Virus record (IMG/VR): IMGVR_UViG_3300027710_001279
Span: 1 to 64,000 of that record
From: a virus
Length of the DNA stretch: 64,000 bases
Direction: 5' to 3' (one strand)
Made by a program: the position numbers and the translations under genes. Positions 27,706 through 38,085 of this stretch are shown here, piece after piece; the stretch's first letter is position 1, and the number at the start of each line of letters is the position of its first letter. The notes below the pieces were generated by a model. The model had not been told where the DNA came from and made no database searches. It worked only from the letters and a program-made list of their open reading frames with translations.

Positions 27706-28361
27706 CAAAAATTGCAGTATGTCAGTTATGGGACCATAACTACCAAGCACTAGCAGATGTAAGCTGGACACAGAATAAAAAACTATACTGTGACCATTGG
27801 GGTTATCCCTATCATGTTAAAACAGAAGGCTTTACATATTGCCCTAGCTATGAAAAAATCAAGTTCATGCTAGACATTATGAACGAACATCCAGAATATG
27901 ATTGGTTGTACTGGGCAGGTGCCGATACATTGATCACTAACTTCTACATTAAGTTAGAAAGTTTTATCGATGAAGACTACCACATCGTTATGGCCAAGGA
28001 CATTAACGACATTAATGCCGACAGCTTTATGTTAAAAAACAGTCCAGAAAGCAGAGCTTACTTTGCCTACTTGTGGACACAGGTTGAAAAGTATCAAACA
28101 CACATGTGGTGGGAACAACAGGCTATGATTGACAGCATGCCAACATATGGTCACTTGTTTAAGTTTGTTCCACAAAAAACATTTAATAGTTTCTTATACA
28201 AGCAACTGTATTGGAACATCTATCGCAGTGACATTGATAAAACTGGCAACAGTGGGCAATGGACACCTGGCGATTTCTTAATTCACTTTGCAGGCAGCGG
28301 CTTGCCTAAGAAAGAATTATGCCAACAGTTCCTTGGATTAGTTAGACACATTACACCTTAA
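27702..28361 (+). CDS. Glycosyltransferase family 34 (GMA12/MNN10-like)
   Basis: YDWLYWAGADTLITN, WEQQAM, GDFLIHFAG. Confidence 0.75.
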   Translation: MTKIAVCQLWDHNYQALADVSWTQNKKLYCDHWGYPYHVKTEGFTYCPSYEKIKFMLDIMNEHPEYDWLYWAGADTLITNFYIKLESFIDEDYHIVMAKDINDINADSFMLKNSPESRAYFAYLWTQVEKYQTHMWWEQQAMIDSMPTYGHLFKFVPQKTFNSFLYKQLYWNIYRSDIDKTGNSGQWTPGDFLIHFAGSGLPKKELCQQFLGLVRHITP

Positions 28362-28370
28362 GAGAGAAAA

Positions 28371-29690
28371 ATGCAAGAAATTTTAAATCTAGTAAAAAAG
28401 TATATTGAAGAAAAAGAATCAAAGAAGACCTGGGTAGCAGGAAAAGACTTTGTTAACTATGCAGGCGCTTTATATGACTCCTCAGAATACATGGCAGGCG
28501 TAGAGTCGTTGCTCAAAGGTTGGCTGGCTCTAGGCGAGTGCGGCACACGATTTGAAAAAGAATTCCCTGCACAGTTTGGTAAAAATCTAGGAGTTTTAAC
28601 AAACTCTGGTTCTAGTGCTAACTTGTTAATGATGGCTTCATTGACCAGTAAACGTGGACATAACTTTCCTAAAGGTACTAAGGTGTTAATGCCCATTGCT
28701 GGCTTCCCCACAACACTCAACCCCACGCTACAAGTTGGCTTTACTCCTGTGTTCTGTGACATTGAGATCGATACACTAAACATTGACTTAGATCATGCAG
28801 AACGTATTCTGGCAGAAGATCCAGAGATTAAAGTCATTACCTTTGCCCACGTACTTGGAAATCCTCCTAACATGGATCGTGTTATGGAATTAGTTAAAAA
28901 GTATAACCTAGTATTGCTAGAAGATTGTTGTGACGGTCTAGGTACTAATTATGATGGCAAGCCGTTAGGCAGCTTTGGATTTATGGCCAGTTGCAGTTTC
29001 TATCCTGCACACCATATGACCATGGGTGAGGGCGGCTTTGTAGCAACTAACAGCGCTAGCCAAGAAGTTATTGTACGCAGTTTCCGTGAGTGGGGACGTG
29101 GTTGCTATTGTGTAGGCCCAGAAGCCAACAAACTTAAATGCGGCACTTGTGGAAGTCGTTTCAAAGAATGGATTCCAGAACTGCCCGGCGAGATATTTGA
29201 CCACAAGTATGTCTATGATGAAATTGGTTATAACTTAAAGCCTATTGAATTACAGGCTGCTATGGGTCTAGAACAGATCAAGAAGCTACCACAAATTCAC
29301 GAACTGCGTCAACGCAACTATGAATTGTTGTTTAAGATCTACGAAAAGTATGAACAGTTCTTCCATATTCCACGAGCCTGTGATAAAGCAGATGTAAGTT
29401 GGTTTGCGTTTCCTCTTACCATTAAAGAAGGTGCTCCGTTTACTCGTGCAGACATCGTTGACTACTTGGAAGAAAACTTGATTCAAACTCGTCCGTATTT
29501 TGCTGGTAACATCATGTTGCAACCTGCTTACAGTCATTTAATGAATCCTGCAGATGCTCGTGATCACTTTCCTGTAGCAACATATACAATGAAGAACACA
29601 TTCTTCCATGGATGCAGTCCTGTTATTACTCCAGAACAGATTGCCTACATTGGCGAGAAGGTAGATGGATTTATGAGTTTGTTTATCTAA
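28371..29690 (+). CDS. rfbH: CDP-4-keto-6-deoxy-D-glucose 3-dehydrase (RfbH/DdhC)
   Basis: NSGSSANL, EDCCD, SFYPAHHMTMGEGG (His in place of the Schiff-base Lys), WGRGCYC..CGTC Fe-S motif. Confidence 0.88.
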   Translation: MQEILNLVKKYIEEKESKKTWVAGKDFVNYAGALYDSSEYMAGVESLLKGWLALGECGTRFEKEFPAQFGKNLGVLTNSGSSANLLMMASLTSKRGHNFPKGTKVLMPIAGFPTTLNPTLQVGFTPVFCDIEIDTLNIDLDHAERILAEDPEIKVITFAHVLGNPPNMDRVMELVKKYNLVLLEDCCDGLGTNYDGKPLGSFGFMASCSFYPAHHMTMGEGGFVATNSASQEVIVRSFREWGRGCYCVGPEANKLKCGTCGSRFKEWIPELPGEIFDHKYVYDEIGYNLKPIELQAAMGLEQIKKLPQIHELRQRNYELLFKIYEKYEQFFHIPRACDKADVSWFAFPLTIKEGAPFTRADIVDYLEENLIQTRPYFAGNIMLQPAYSHLMNPADARDHFPVATYTMKNTFFHGCSPVITPEQIAYIGEKVDGFMSLFI

Positions 29691-29691
29691 G

Positions 29692-30510
29692 ATGAAAATA
29701 TTTTTAACCGGAACTCAAGGCTTTATAGGACATAACCTATTAGAGTTTTATCACGGCTATGAAATATTCGAACATCGTAGATACATGGACATCGGTGCTA
29801 AGTTAGAATATTTTAAACCAGATCTAATTATACACTGTGCTGCCGAAATATATAAACCAGATGAGATGTGGAAGTCTAATATGGTCATGCTCTATGATAT
29901 CTTAGACTATGTTAAAACTAATCCTAACACTAAGTTAATACATATTGGATCAAGTTCGGAATACGGGCCTGTTCCAAGAGCAGCCGCTGAAACAGATAGG
30001 ATTAATCCCATAGATATGTATCAGGCAACCAAAGGTGCAGGTACATTGTTATGCCAAGGTTATGCTAGACAATACAAACTTGACATTGCTGTTGCAAGAG
30101 CGTATAGTGTATATGGTAAGTATGAAAAGCCGCATAGACTATTTCCAAGACTTTGGAGAGCGTTCCAACTTGATCAACCTATGAAATTATTTCATGGATA
30201 TCACGACTTCATTTATATCGATGACTTTGTTAGAGGCATTGATACTATAAGACAGGCAGATAAACCTCTAGGTGATATTATAAATCTTGGATCAGGTATT
30301 CAATATAGTAATCAAGAAGTGTTAGAACTATTTGAAAAGGTAGCAGGAAAGCGAGCACCGGTTGAAGTAGTTCCAGCAATGGCTAAAGAATTTGAAAGTG
30401 AAGTATGGTTGTGCGATACAACTTACGCAAAAGAAAAATATAACTTTGAAACAGTTTATACTTTAGAACAAGGTATTAGAGATTTCTTAAAGACTGCAAA
30501 CTATAATTAG
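29692..30510 (+). CDS. NAD-dependent epimerase/dehydratase
   Basis: TGTQGFIG, SSSEYG, YQATK. Confidence 0.88.
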   Translation: MKIFLTGTQGFIGHNLLEFYHGYEIFEHRRYMDIGAKLEYFKPDLIIHCAAEIYKPDEMWKSNMVMLYDILDYVKTNPNTKLIHIGSSSEYGPVPRAAAETDRINPIDMYQATKGAGTLLCQGYARQYKLDIAVARAYSVYGKYEKPHRLFPRLWRAFQLDQPMKLFHGYHDFIYIDDFVRGIDTIRQADKPLGDIINLGSGIQYSNQEVLELFEKVAGKRAPVEVVPAMAKEFESEVWLCDTTYAKEKYNFETVYTLEQGIRDFLKTANYN

Positions 30511-30517
30511 GAAAATT

Positions 30518-31237
30518 ATGACATTACAACGACAACTACTAACCAGTAAACACACTACAATTGATATTGTTAGTGAAGATGAATCTGCTCAAGCACACTT
30601 TGATAACAGAGCAAACTTTGCTGACATTGTATTAAATCAAATTAACACAGATCGATTCTATGACGATATACTCGATGGAGAAGATGATCTTACAATTTTA
30701 GACGTCGGCGGCAACATAGGATTGTTTAGCTTGTATGCTCATGATAAGTCTAAGGCAATTTATCCTGTTGAACCAACACCAGGACACTTTCATATCCTCA
30801 AAGACTTAACTAAAAATTATCCTAACATTCATCCTGTTAATGTTGCGCTACACAATGAAGATACTACCATTGATTTTTATATCAGTGAAGAAAACTCTAC
30901 AATGAACAGTAGCGTTAACAAGTATGGTACCAAAGTAGAAGTACAGGCTCGCACACTAGCAAGTCTAATCAAAGAACTTGATCTAGAACATGTAGACTTT
31001 GTCAAGTGTGATATCGAAGGCAGTGAAATGGCTGCGCTAACTGATGAAACTGTAGGTGCAGTTAAAGATATTGTTGATGCTTGGTTTATCGAAGTACATG
31101 CCACAGACAACGAAACATTGAGAGGTATCGATAGCCTACGTCACAATAGAGGACAGTTAATTGAAATCTTTGAAAGACAAGGGTATGCCGCCCAAATCTT
31201 AAGAGAAGATTCACTTTACATTTACAAAGATGAGTAA
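30518..31237 (+). CDS. FkbM family methyltransferase
   Basis: LDVGGNIG, VEP, KCDIEGSE, EVH. Confidence 0.88.
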   Translation: MTLQRQLLTSKHTTIDIVSEDESAQAHFDNRANFADIVLNQINTDRFYDDILDGEDDLTILDVGGNIGLFSLYAHDKSKAIYPVEPTPGHFHILKDLTKNYPNIHPVNVALHNEDTTIDFYISEENSTMNSSVNKYGTKVEVQARTLASLIKELDLEHVDFVKCDIEGSEMAALTDETVGAVKDIVDAWFIEVHATDNETLRGIDSLRHNRGQLIEIFERQGYAAQILREDSLYIYKDE

Positions 31238-31835
31238 TTTAGTTAAACGTATTCTAGATATAAGCTATCAAGAAAAGCTGAGCCATCTAAGCTCTTGCCT
31301 TTCTGCGTTGCCTATTGTAGAAGAAATATACGAAAAGAAAAAAGAAGATGAAGTGTTTATCCTAAGTAATGGACATGCCGGGCTTGCACTATACGTAGTA
31401 TTAGAAAAAAAATATGGTGTAGACCCTGTAATGCTTTTACATAAACACGGTATTCATCCTAGCAAAGATTTAGAAAACAAACTATACTGTAGTACAGGTA
31501 GTTTAGGTAGCGGTCTACCTATCGCTGTTGGACATGCTCTAGCAGATAGAACAAAGAACGTTTACTGTATGATCAGTGACGGCGAATGTGCAGAAGGCAG
31601 TATTTGGGAAAGCCTGCGTTTTATCCACACAGCTAAGTTAGATAACCTTCATGTCTATGCTAACATTAACGGAATGAGTGCTTACGAATATTTAGATGTA
31701 ACTTATTTGGTAGAACGATTAAAGACATTCTTACCTAGAATTAATTTAAGAATATCCGAGCCTGCTGAATTTAGCTTTGCTAAAGGATTGTTAACTCATT
31801 ATTATGTTATGAAAGGTGAGGACTACACGCCATGA
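31230..31835 (+). CDS. Transketolase N-terminal (TPP-binding) subunit
   Basis: LSNGHA, STGSLGSG, SDGECAEGSIWE. Confidence 0.88.
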   Translation: MSNLVKRILDISYQEKLSHLSSCLSALPIVEEIYEKKKEDEVFILSNGHAGLALYVVLEKKYGVDPVMLLHKHGIHPSKDLENKLYCSTGSLGSGLPIAVGHALADRTKNVYCMISDGECAEGSIWESLRFIHTAKLDNLHVYANINGMSAYEYLDVTYLVERLKTFLPRINLRISEPAEFSFAKGLLTHYYVMKGEDYTP

Positions 31836-32314
31836 GAAAAGAATGTATGAATCTGCTTCTTGCAGAAATGGTAGACAATGAGGATATCATCGTGTTAACT
31901 GCTGATCTAGGCTTTGGATTGTTAGATCAAATACAAAATACCTTTCCGGAACGTTTTCATAACGTAGGAGCCGCAGAGCAACTTATGATTGGGGCAGGAA
32001 TTGGACTTGCAGAAGCAGGTAAGATTCCTGTATGCTATAGTATGAGTTCGTTCCTATTGTATCGACCTTTTGAATTTTTGCGTAACTATGTTAATGCTGA
32101 ATGTGTTCCTGTTAAACTAATTGGTAGTGGTAGAGATAAAGATTATAGTCATGATGGACTAAGTCATTGGGCACATGATGATGAGCAGGTATTATCAGCG
32201 TTGCCTAACATTAAAATTTACAAACCAGAAAGTATCGAAGAGTTGGAACGTATCTGGCCAGACTTCATTAATAGTCTCGAACCTGCTTACTTAAACTTAA
32301 CAAGAAAGATTTAA
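31832..32314 (+). CDS. Transketolase pyrimidine-binding subunit
   Basis: TADLG, NVGAAEQLMIG..GLA, SHWA. Confidence 0.88.
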   Translation: MRKECMNLLLAEMVDNEDIIVLTADLGFGLLDQIQNTFPERFHNVGAAEQLMIGAGIGLAEAGKIPVCYSMSSFLLYRPFEFLRNYVNAECVPVKLIGSGRDKDYSHDGLSHWAHDDEQVLSALPNIKIYKPESIEELERIWPDFINSLEPAYLNLTRKI

Positions 32315-32315
32315 A

Positions 32316-32978
32316 ATGTACGCTGTTATATCAATGCACACTCCAGACTATCAGCCATTGGCAGACTATACCTGGACTAAGAACAAATTAGAGTATACAG
32401 AACGGCACGGCTATGCCGCACACTGTAAAACTGATGATTTCAGACTGCCTAAAAATCAAGTAGGTGGAGAGAAGTTGCGTCTGTTCCGTGAATACTTTGA
32501 TTCTAATCCCGGAGTAGAATGGATTTGGTGGTTAGAGACTGATACTCTAATCACAAACTTCAATACTAAAATTGAAGATCTAATCGATAACAACTACCAC
32601 TTTATTATTGGGACTGATGGCAACGGATTAAATGCAGGCAGTTTCTTTTTGCGTAATAGTCCAGAAGGTAACGCATATCTTAATTGGTTAATTTCTGTAT
32701 GGCCTAAATATCAGAATCATCATTTCTATGAGCAGCAGGCTATGATTGATAGCACAAGCATGCCTGAGTGGTCGCCTATTATCAAAGTAGAGCCACAGTA
32801 TAAATTCAATGCACACGACTGCTGGCCCAATCAATGGCAACCAGGATTTGGTGTAGACAAGCTAGGAGAACGTGCTTGGTGGGAACCAGGAGATACCGTT
32901 GTACACTGGCCTGGTTCAAGTTTGCAAACAAGACTAGGAAGACAGATCCCTTACTATATGCCCAAGGTGGTTAGATGA
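32316..32978 (+). CDS. Glycosyltransferase family 34-like
   Basis: WIWWLETDTLITN, LNAGSF, EQQAM; paralog of 27702..28361. Confidence 0.75.
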   Translation: MYAVISMHTPDYQPLADYTWTKNKLEYTERHGYAAHCKTDDFRLPKNQVGGEKLRLFREYFDSNPGVEWIWWLETDTLITNFNTKIEDLIDNNYHFIIGTDGNGLNAGSFFLRNSPEGNAYLNWLISVWPKYQNHHFYEQQAMIDSTSMPEWSPIIKVEPQYKFNAHDCWPNQWQPGFGVDKLGERAWWEPGDTVVHWPGSSLQTRLGRQIPYYMPKVVR

Positions 32979-33847
32979 GAAAAGTCTACGATTGTTTTAC
33001 ATTCTTTAATGAACTTGATCTTTTAGAACTTCGATTAAGTGAATGTTATGATAGTGCAGATTATTTTGTAATTGCAGAAGCTAATAAAACATTCTCCGGT
33101 AACAACAAAAGATTTATCCTAGAAGATAATTGGGATAGATACAAGGCATTCCACGATAAGATCATTTACATTAAAGTTGATGATATGCCCGAAGGTCCTA
33201 ATGCATGGGCAAGAGAATACCATCAGCGCAATGCATTGATTCGCGGATTAGGCAATGCGGCAGACAATGATGTTGTAGCATTAACAGACTGCGATGAAGT
33301 ATTACGTCCAAGAACGTTAAACATTCTACGCAACGATACAGAGCATTCAATTTGGATCTGTCGTCATCCTATGTTTTATTTTAAACTAAACTACTTAATG
33401 ACACAACCTAAATCGTATCATGTTAATCCCATGGCAGTTCTTAAAAAGAATTTAACTGGTTTTCAGAATTTGCGTAATCATATGGTAGGTTGGGCATACC
33501 AACAACCGGATGATTACAACACCAACGAAGTTTGTACCATTCAGCACAGTGGTTGGCATTTTACCTATCTAGGCGATACTAAACATGCCGCAACTAAGTT
33601 GCTTAACTTTGCACACACAGAATCACAACACTGGGCCAGTAAGATTGATATCAATGAGATTATGACACGCAAAGGCGGCATTGATCCAAATAGCCCAGAA
33701 AGATTTGAATACATAGAATTAGATGAATACTTTCCAAAGACTGTATTAAACAATTTAGATCGTTGGAAAGATTACATCATCACAAATCCTGCAGTTAGCA
33801 TTAAGAACTATGTGCCTTCTCTAAACTTAGATGAAATTTACAAATGA
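32975..33847 (+). CDS. Glycosyltransferase family 17-like (GlcNAc transferase)
   Basis: YDCFTFFNELDLLELRL, E..QRN, DCDE, GWHFTY. Confidence 0.85.
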   Translation: MRKVYDCFTFFNELDLLELRLSECYDSADYFVIAEANKTFSGNNKRFILEDNWDRYKAFHDKIIYIKVDDMPEGPNAWAREYHQRNALIRGLGNAADNDVVALTDCDEVLRPRTLNILRNDTEHSIWICRHPMFYFKLNYLMTQPKSYHVNPMAVLKKNLTGFQNLRNHMVGWAYQQPDDYNTNEVCTIQHSGWHFTYLGDTKHAATKLLNFAHTESQHWASKIDINEIMTRKGGIDPNSPERFEYIELDEYFPKTVLNNLDRWKDYIITNPAVSIKNYVPSLNLDEIYK

Positions 33848-34644
33848 AAATATTAATAACCGGTGCTAGGGGATTTGTTGGAAGTTTCATTGCTAGGCAT
33901 CTAGCAGAAAAACATACACTATTAACTCCTACAAGACAAGAGTTAGATCTTACAAACTTAGAACAGGTAGAGGATTGGTTCAGCAACAACGAAGTCGATG
34001 TAGTTGTGCATTGTGCGTTGAGTGGGCGCGAAGTTTTGTCTAGCACCGAACCACAATATCTAAGTGATGGTTTGTTGATGTTCCGTAATCTTTGGTTGCA
34101 AAAACCCAGATATAAAAGATTTGTACACTTGGGCACAGCCTACGAATTTGATCTAACTAAAAATAACAACAATGTATTAGAACATGAGTTTGTTCATCAC
34201 ATACCAAGAACAAGTTACGGTTATGCTAAAAACATTGCGGCAAGGATTATACGAGATACACCAGGCTTTTATAACTTAAAGTTATTTGGAGTGTTTCACG
34301 AAACTGAAAGTTCTAACAGATTCTTTCAAAGGGTAAAACAACAGGATGAAGTTATAATCAACAACGACATTTATTTGGATTACATTTATCTGCCTGACAT
34401 ACTACCCATGCTTGAACGCATGGTAGAAGGACACAGCCAACATTCCGATGTTAACATGGTATACACCCATAAATATCGACTAAGTGAGATGGCAGAAATA
34501 TTGTGCAACAATTTAGGTTTGCCACTAACAAAGATTAAAATTAAAAATTCAGCAGGCAATAATTTAACAGGAGACAGCGTAGTGTTGTCTAGTTATAATT
34601 TTAAACTAGTTGGATTAGAACAAGGACTAAGGAATTATAAATGA
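33844..34644 (+). CDS. NAD-dependent epimerase/reductase
   Basis: TGARGFVG, YGYAK. Confidence 0.85.
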   Translation: MKILITGARGFVGSFIARHLAEKHTLLTPTRQELDLTNLEQVEDWFSNNEVDVVVHCALSGREVLSSTEPQYLSDGLLMFRNLWLQKPRYKRFVHLGTAYEFDLTKNNNNVLEHEFVHHIPRTSYGYAKNIAARIIRDTPGFYNLKLFGVFHETESSNRFFQRVKQQDEVIINNDIYLDYIYLPDILPMLERMVEGHSQHSDVNMVYTHKYRLSEMAEILCNNLGLPLTKIKIKNSAGNNLTGDSVVLSSYNFKLVGLEQGLRNYK

Positions 34645-35579
34645 AAGTTGTTTACGTTACCGGTTGTTTAGGTTTTATTGGTTACCATGTAACTAAAAAA
34701 TGTCTAGACAAAGGTTGGTATGTCATAGGCGTCGACAAGGAAACCTATGCTGCCAATCTACAGTTCTTACCAGAACTACAGGCCTACCCAAAATTTAAAT
34801 ATATTAAACAAGACATTCGTGACATCACATATTTGTTAGACTGTGATTATGTTATCAATACTGCCGCAGAAAGTCACGTTGACAATTCAATTGTTGGCAG
34901 TGAAGTATTCTTAAACAGTAACATCTACGGTGTTCATAATCTTTTACAAAACTTACAAAAGAATAAGTTCAAGGTTCCTACACTACTGCATTTTTCAACT
35001 GATGAAGTCTACGGTGATATTGTAGAAGGCAGTCACACTGAAACAGATATCCTAAAGCCTAGTAACCCATACTCTGCAACCAAAGCGGCTGCTGACATGT
35101 TGATCAGTGCTTGGGCTCGTACACATAACATTCCCTGGGTTATTGTACGCCCTACTAATAACTACGGCATTGGACAGTATGTTGAGAAGCTAATCCCCAA
35201 GGCTGTCAAATACTTGAGCATTGGTCGCAAGATTCCCCTGCACGAAAACGGCACTCCCAGACGCACATGGTTGCATGTTAGTGACACAGCAAACGCTATC
35301 ATCCATATTGTTGAAAGCGGAGTAACTGGTGAGATCTTTAACATCAGCGGTAACAGCGAAGACAGCAATATCAATATTGCTAAAAAGATTATTAAACAAG
35401 TCACTGGCACTGAAAACTATGATGACCATATTGACTTCAGTTGGGGACGTAAAGGACAAGATGTCCGTTACAGCATCGACGACAGTAAACTACAGGCATT
35501 AGGTTGGAAGGCACAGGCTAACTTTGATGAAGAACTGGCTAAAATTGTAGACTATTATAAAAATAACTTTGTTTGGTAA
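34641..35579 (+). CDS. rmlB: dTDP-glucose 4,6-dehydratase
   Basis: TGCLGFIG, AAESHVDNS, STDEVYG, PYSATKA, NNYG. Confidence 0.9.
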   Translation: MKVVYVTGCLGFIGYHVTKKCLDKGWYVIGVDKETYAANLQFLPELQAYPKFKYIKQDIRDITYLLDCDYVINTAAESHVDNSIVGSEVFLNSNIYGVHNLLQNLQKNKFKVPTLLHFSTDEVYGDIVEGSHTETDILKPSNPYSATKAAADMLISAWARTHNIPWVIVRPTNNYGIGQYVEKLIPKAVKYLSIGRKIPLHENGTPRRTWLHVSDTANAIIHIVESGVTGEIFNISGNSEDSNINIAKKIIKQVTGTENYDDHIDFSWGRKGQDVRYSIDDSKLQALGWKAQANFDEELAKIVDYYKNNFVW

Positions 35580-35582
35580 AAT

Positions 35583-36284
35583 ATGAAAAAGAACCTTTTA
35601 ATTATCCCTGCGGGACCTAATGCACTATTTCAACAGTGGAGCGACTATTCAAACTGTAATTTTGATCTAGTAGTTCTTAATTGGAGTTCTGCTCCACTGA
35701 CTAACTTAGAACATGCTGCCTTTGTAGAAACTACTCCAGGACAGAAGTGGAAAATTGTTGCAGACTTTGCCAGCAAGCAAGATTTAAGTCGTTACGAATA
35801 CATTTGGATACTAGACGACGATTGCCTAACTACTCCAGAAGGTGTTGAAGCTACATTTAATTTCTGCAAGGAAAACAATTTGGATATGGCGCAACCAGCA
35901 CTAACCCCGGACAGCTCCCGCACTCATCCTAGCACATTTTTAATTCCCGGTGCAAAGATGCATATTACTGACACAGTAGAAATTATGGCACCTATCTTTA
36001 GTAAGGCAGCTTGGCCAGTATGTTCAGAACACTTTGGCAAGATGCCAGCTGGTGTAGGTTACGGTCTTGAAGGATATTGGGCAGGTGTTCTTGACAGTAA
36101 ATCAGGTACAACTAAGTTTGGTGGACAAGTAGCTGTCATTGACTTATATCCAGTAAAGCATACAAAGACAGTAACTGGACCTGCTGAATACGCAAGAATG
36201 GGCATTAACCCAGATGATGACGGACACTACTTTGCTAATCTCGGGCACGGTTGGACATTTAACACTATTGAAGTCATAATGTGA
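35583..36284 (+). CDS. DUF707-like putative glycosyltransferase
   Basis: YEYIWILDDD, AQPALT, VEIMAPIFS. Confidence 0.7.
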   Translation: MKKNLLIIPAGPNALFQQWSDYSNCNFDLVVLNWSSAPLTNLEHAAFVETTPGQKWKIVADFASKQDLSRYEYIWILDDDCLTTPEGVEATFNFCKENNLDMAQPALTPDSSRTHPSTFLIPGAKMHITDTVEIMAPIFSKAAWPVCSEHFGKMPAGVGYGLEGYWAGVLDSKSGTTKFGGQVAVIDLYPVKHTKTVTGPAEYARMGINPDDDGHYFANLGHGWTFNTIEVIM

Positions 36285-36766
36285 TTGCAATAACAGGCCA
36301 TACTCAAGGCATAGGAAAATGTGCCTTTGAAAGATTGAGTCCTAACATAATAGGTTTTAGCAAGTCTACCGGATATGACATTACTAATTTTTTTGATCGT
36401 AAACGGATCATAGATGAATCTGTAAACTGTGATATCTTTATAAACAATGCTACAGCAGAGTTTGGTCAAACATTATTGTTTTTAGAATTGTTTGATGCAT
36501 GGAAACATACTAATAAAACTATTATCAATGTTGGTAGTAGAATTGCAGAAGTATTAGTATTACCAAATACTCATCAACACTTATTAAAGTATCAAGCTGA
36601 AAAACTTATTTTAAAAGAAATGAGCAATAGAGTAGTCGGGTTGTGTAAAGTTAAATATAAATGGTTTGGTTATGTAGGTACAGAAAAGATACTAAAAAAA
36701 TATCCGCATTTTACAGAACAAGATTACATCACAGAAGATCAAGCAGTTAACATAATACTTTCATGA
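36281..36766 (+). CDS. Short-chain dehydrogenase/reductase-like protein
   Basis: ITGHTQGIG, FINNA, INVGS, YQAEK. Confidence 0.75.
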   Translation: MIAITGHTQGIGKCAFERLSPNIIGFSKSTGYDITNFFDRKRIIDESVNCDIFINNATAEFGQTLLFLELFDAWKHTNKTIINVGSRIAEVLVLPNTHQHLLKYQAEKLILKEMSNRVVGLCKVKYKWFGYVGTEKILKKYPHFTEQDYITEDQAVNIILS

Positions 36767-37248
36767 TAAAAAAAGTAATAGATACTATCAACGTTGATCC
36801 TATTTTAGATAGTTTTTTTAAACTTAATAAAGATATAGTATGGACAATTTATCCGCAAGGACAGCAAGTTGGATTACAATATAAACCAAACGAAGACCAT
36901 TGGTCAAGTGCAGTAGGAAAAAGTCAAGGTAAAGAACTAGAATACACTGAATTAAATCCTTTCTTTAAAGATACAATATTCGAAACTATTATTAACCAAT
37001 ATAATTTAAAAAGAACTAGATTAATGTGGGTTAATCCAAAATCATGTTATAGCTTACACCAAGATGAAACTCCAAGGATTCATATTCCATTGATTACAAA
37101 CTCCGAATGTTATTTTTTATTCCCACCCGGAATGATGTTTTGCTTAGATGTAAATTCAGTATGGTGGGTAAATACAAAATTAAAACATACATTCTTAAAT
37201 TGTTCAGAAGAACCAAGATTACATCTTGTTGGAGTAATTGAAAAATAA
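36763..37248 (+). CDS. 2OG-Fe(II) oxygenase / Asp-Asn beta-hydroxylase-like
   Basis: HQD..RIHIPL..HTFLN..RLHLV. Confidence 0.75.
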   Translation: MIKKVIDTINVDPILDSFFKLNKDIVWTIYPQGQQVGLQYKPNEDHWSSAVGKSQGKELEYTELNPFFKDTIFETIINQYNLKRTRLMWVNPKSCYSLHQDETPRIHIPLITNSECYFLFPPGMMFCLDVNSVWWVNTKLKHTFLNCSEEPRLHLVGVIEK

Positions 37249-37256
37249 CCCAAATG

Positions 37257-37313
37257 TGTTGTAAAAATACAACACTAAAAGAGGTTGACAAGTTGGTAAA
37301 ACCGTGTTATAAT
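37257..37313 (+). promoter_or_regulatory. Palindromic operator plus sigma70 promoter
   Basis: TGTTGTAAAAATACAACA (37257-37274); TTGACA-N17-TATAAT (37285-37313). Confidence 0.8.
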
Positions 37314-37322
37314 ATATGTAAC

Positions 37323-37508
37323 ATGATTAATATACACCCAACACTTAACCCACTTGAAGTTATCCTTGTCGAAGAGGATATGGCTAAAAAGGGGATTACA
37401 CACTATACAATGACACAGGGCAACGACTGCATCTGGGTCTACTATGGTCCAATGAACCTCTATTATATATTTAAAGAAGGACGTATTCATGACATCCAAA
37501 TTGATTAA
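37323..37508 (+). CDS. Hypothetical phage protein
   Basis: ATG just downstream of the promoter. Confidence 0.65.
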   Translation: MINIHPTLNPLEVILVEEDMAKKGITHYTMTQGNDCIWVYYGPMNLYYIFKEGRIHDIQID

Positions 37509-37698
37509 AGTTATGCAAGAGACCACAGAGTGGTCCGATGGTGGCTCCAATCACACGTATATATTTAAAGATAAGCCCACAGGTCGTAGTGCCGCGGCCA
37601 TTGCCTACATACCGGCAGGTTCTAAGATAGTGCAACGTTTCAAGAAGCCTATTAACTTAGACCTTAAGGGCAGGACGTTTGTAGAGTTGACAGACTGA
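37489..37698 (+). CDS. Hypothetical phage protein
   Basis: AAGG SD; overlaps the previous ORF. Confidence 0.65.
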   Translation: MTSKLIKVMQETTEWSDGGSNHTYIFKDKPTGRSAAAIAYIPAGSKIVQRFKKPINLDLKGRTFVELTD

Positions 37699-37715
37699 TA
37701 ATTTTCTAGTATAAT
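37687..37715 (+). promoter_or_regulatory. sigma70 promoter for tRNA-Arg(TCT)
   Basis: TTGACA-N17-TATAAT. Confidence 0.8.
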
Positions 37716-37722
37716 AAGACAA

Positions 37723-37799
37723 CTGACTGTAGCTCAACTGGATAGAGCAACAGCCTTCTAAGCTGTAGGTCGGGGGTTCGAGTCCCTCCAGTCAGGCCA
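37723..37799 (+). tRNA. tRNA-Arg(TCT)
   Basis: Cloverleaf; ACAGC-CT TCT AA-GCTGT; CCA end. Confidence 0.93.
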
Positions 37800-37804
37800 A
37801 ATTC

Positions 37805-37880
37805 GTTGTAAAAATACAACAAAAATAATTTGCCAAAAATGCAAAAAGTGGTTGACAACGAGACTAAATAAATGTATAAT
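37805..37880 (+). promoter_or_regulatory. Palindromic operator plus sigma70 promoter of the leader/attenuator
   Basis: GTTGTAAAAATACAAC (37805-37820); TTGACA-N17-TATAAT (37852-37880) with TAAATA in the spacer. Confidence 0.85.
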
Positions 37881-37938
37881 TAACACATAGACAGCAATGA
37901 TGCTGTTTATGGAAACAAAAGGTTTTAAGAGAAATAAA

Positions 37939-38085
37939 ATGCAATCGTGCAATAAACATCAACAATTTAATACGATGCCCAAACAGGCAGGTGTAATAGC
38001 CTCCAATTGGTCAACGATTGATTGTGGTAGTTTATCATATGATCGCACACCAGAGATTACCAGGGTCCGGGAGGACTTAATGTAA
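37939..38085 (+). CDS. Putative attenuator leader peptide (48 aa, all 20 amino acids)
   Basis: MQSCNKHQQFNTMPKQAGVIASNWSTIDCGSLSYDRTPEITRVREDLM; last codons form the 5' arm of an antiterminator. Confidence 0.65.
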   Translation: MQSCNKHQQFNTMPKQAGVIASNWSTIDCGSLSYDRTPEITRVREDLM

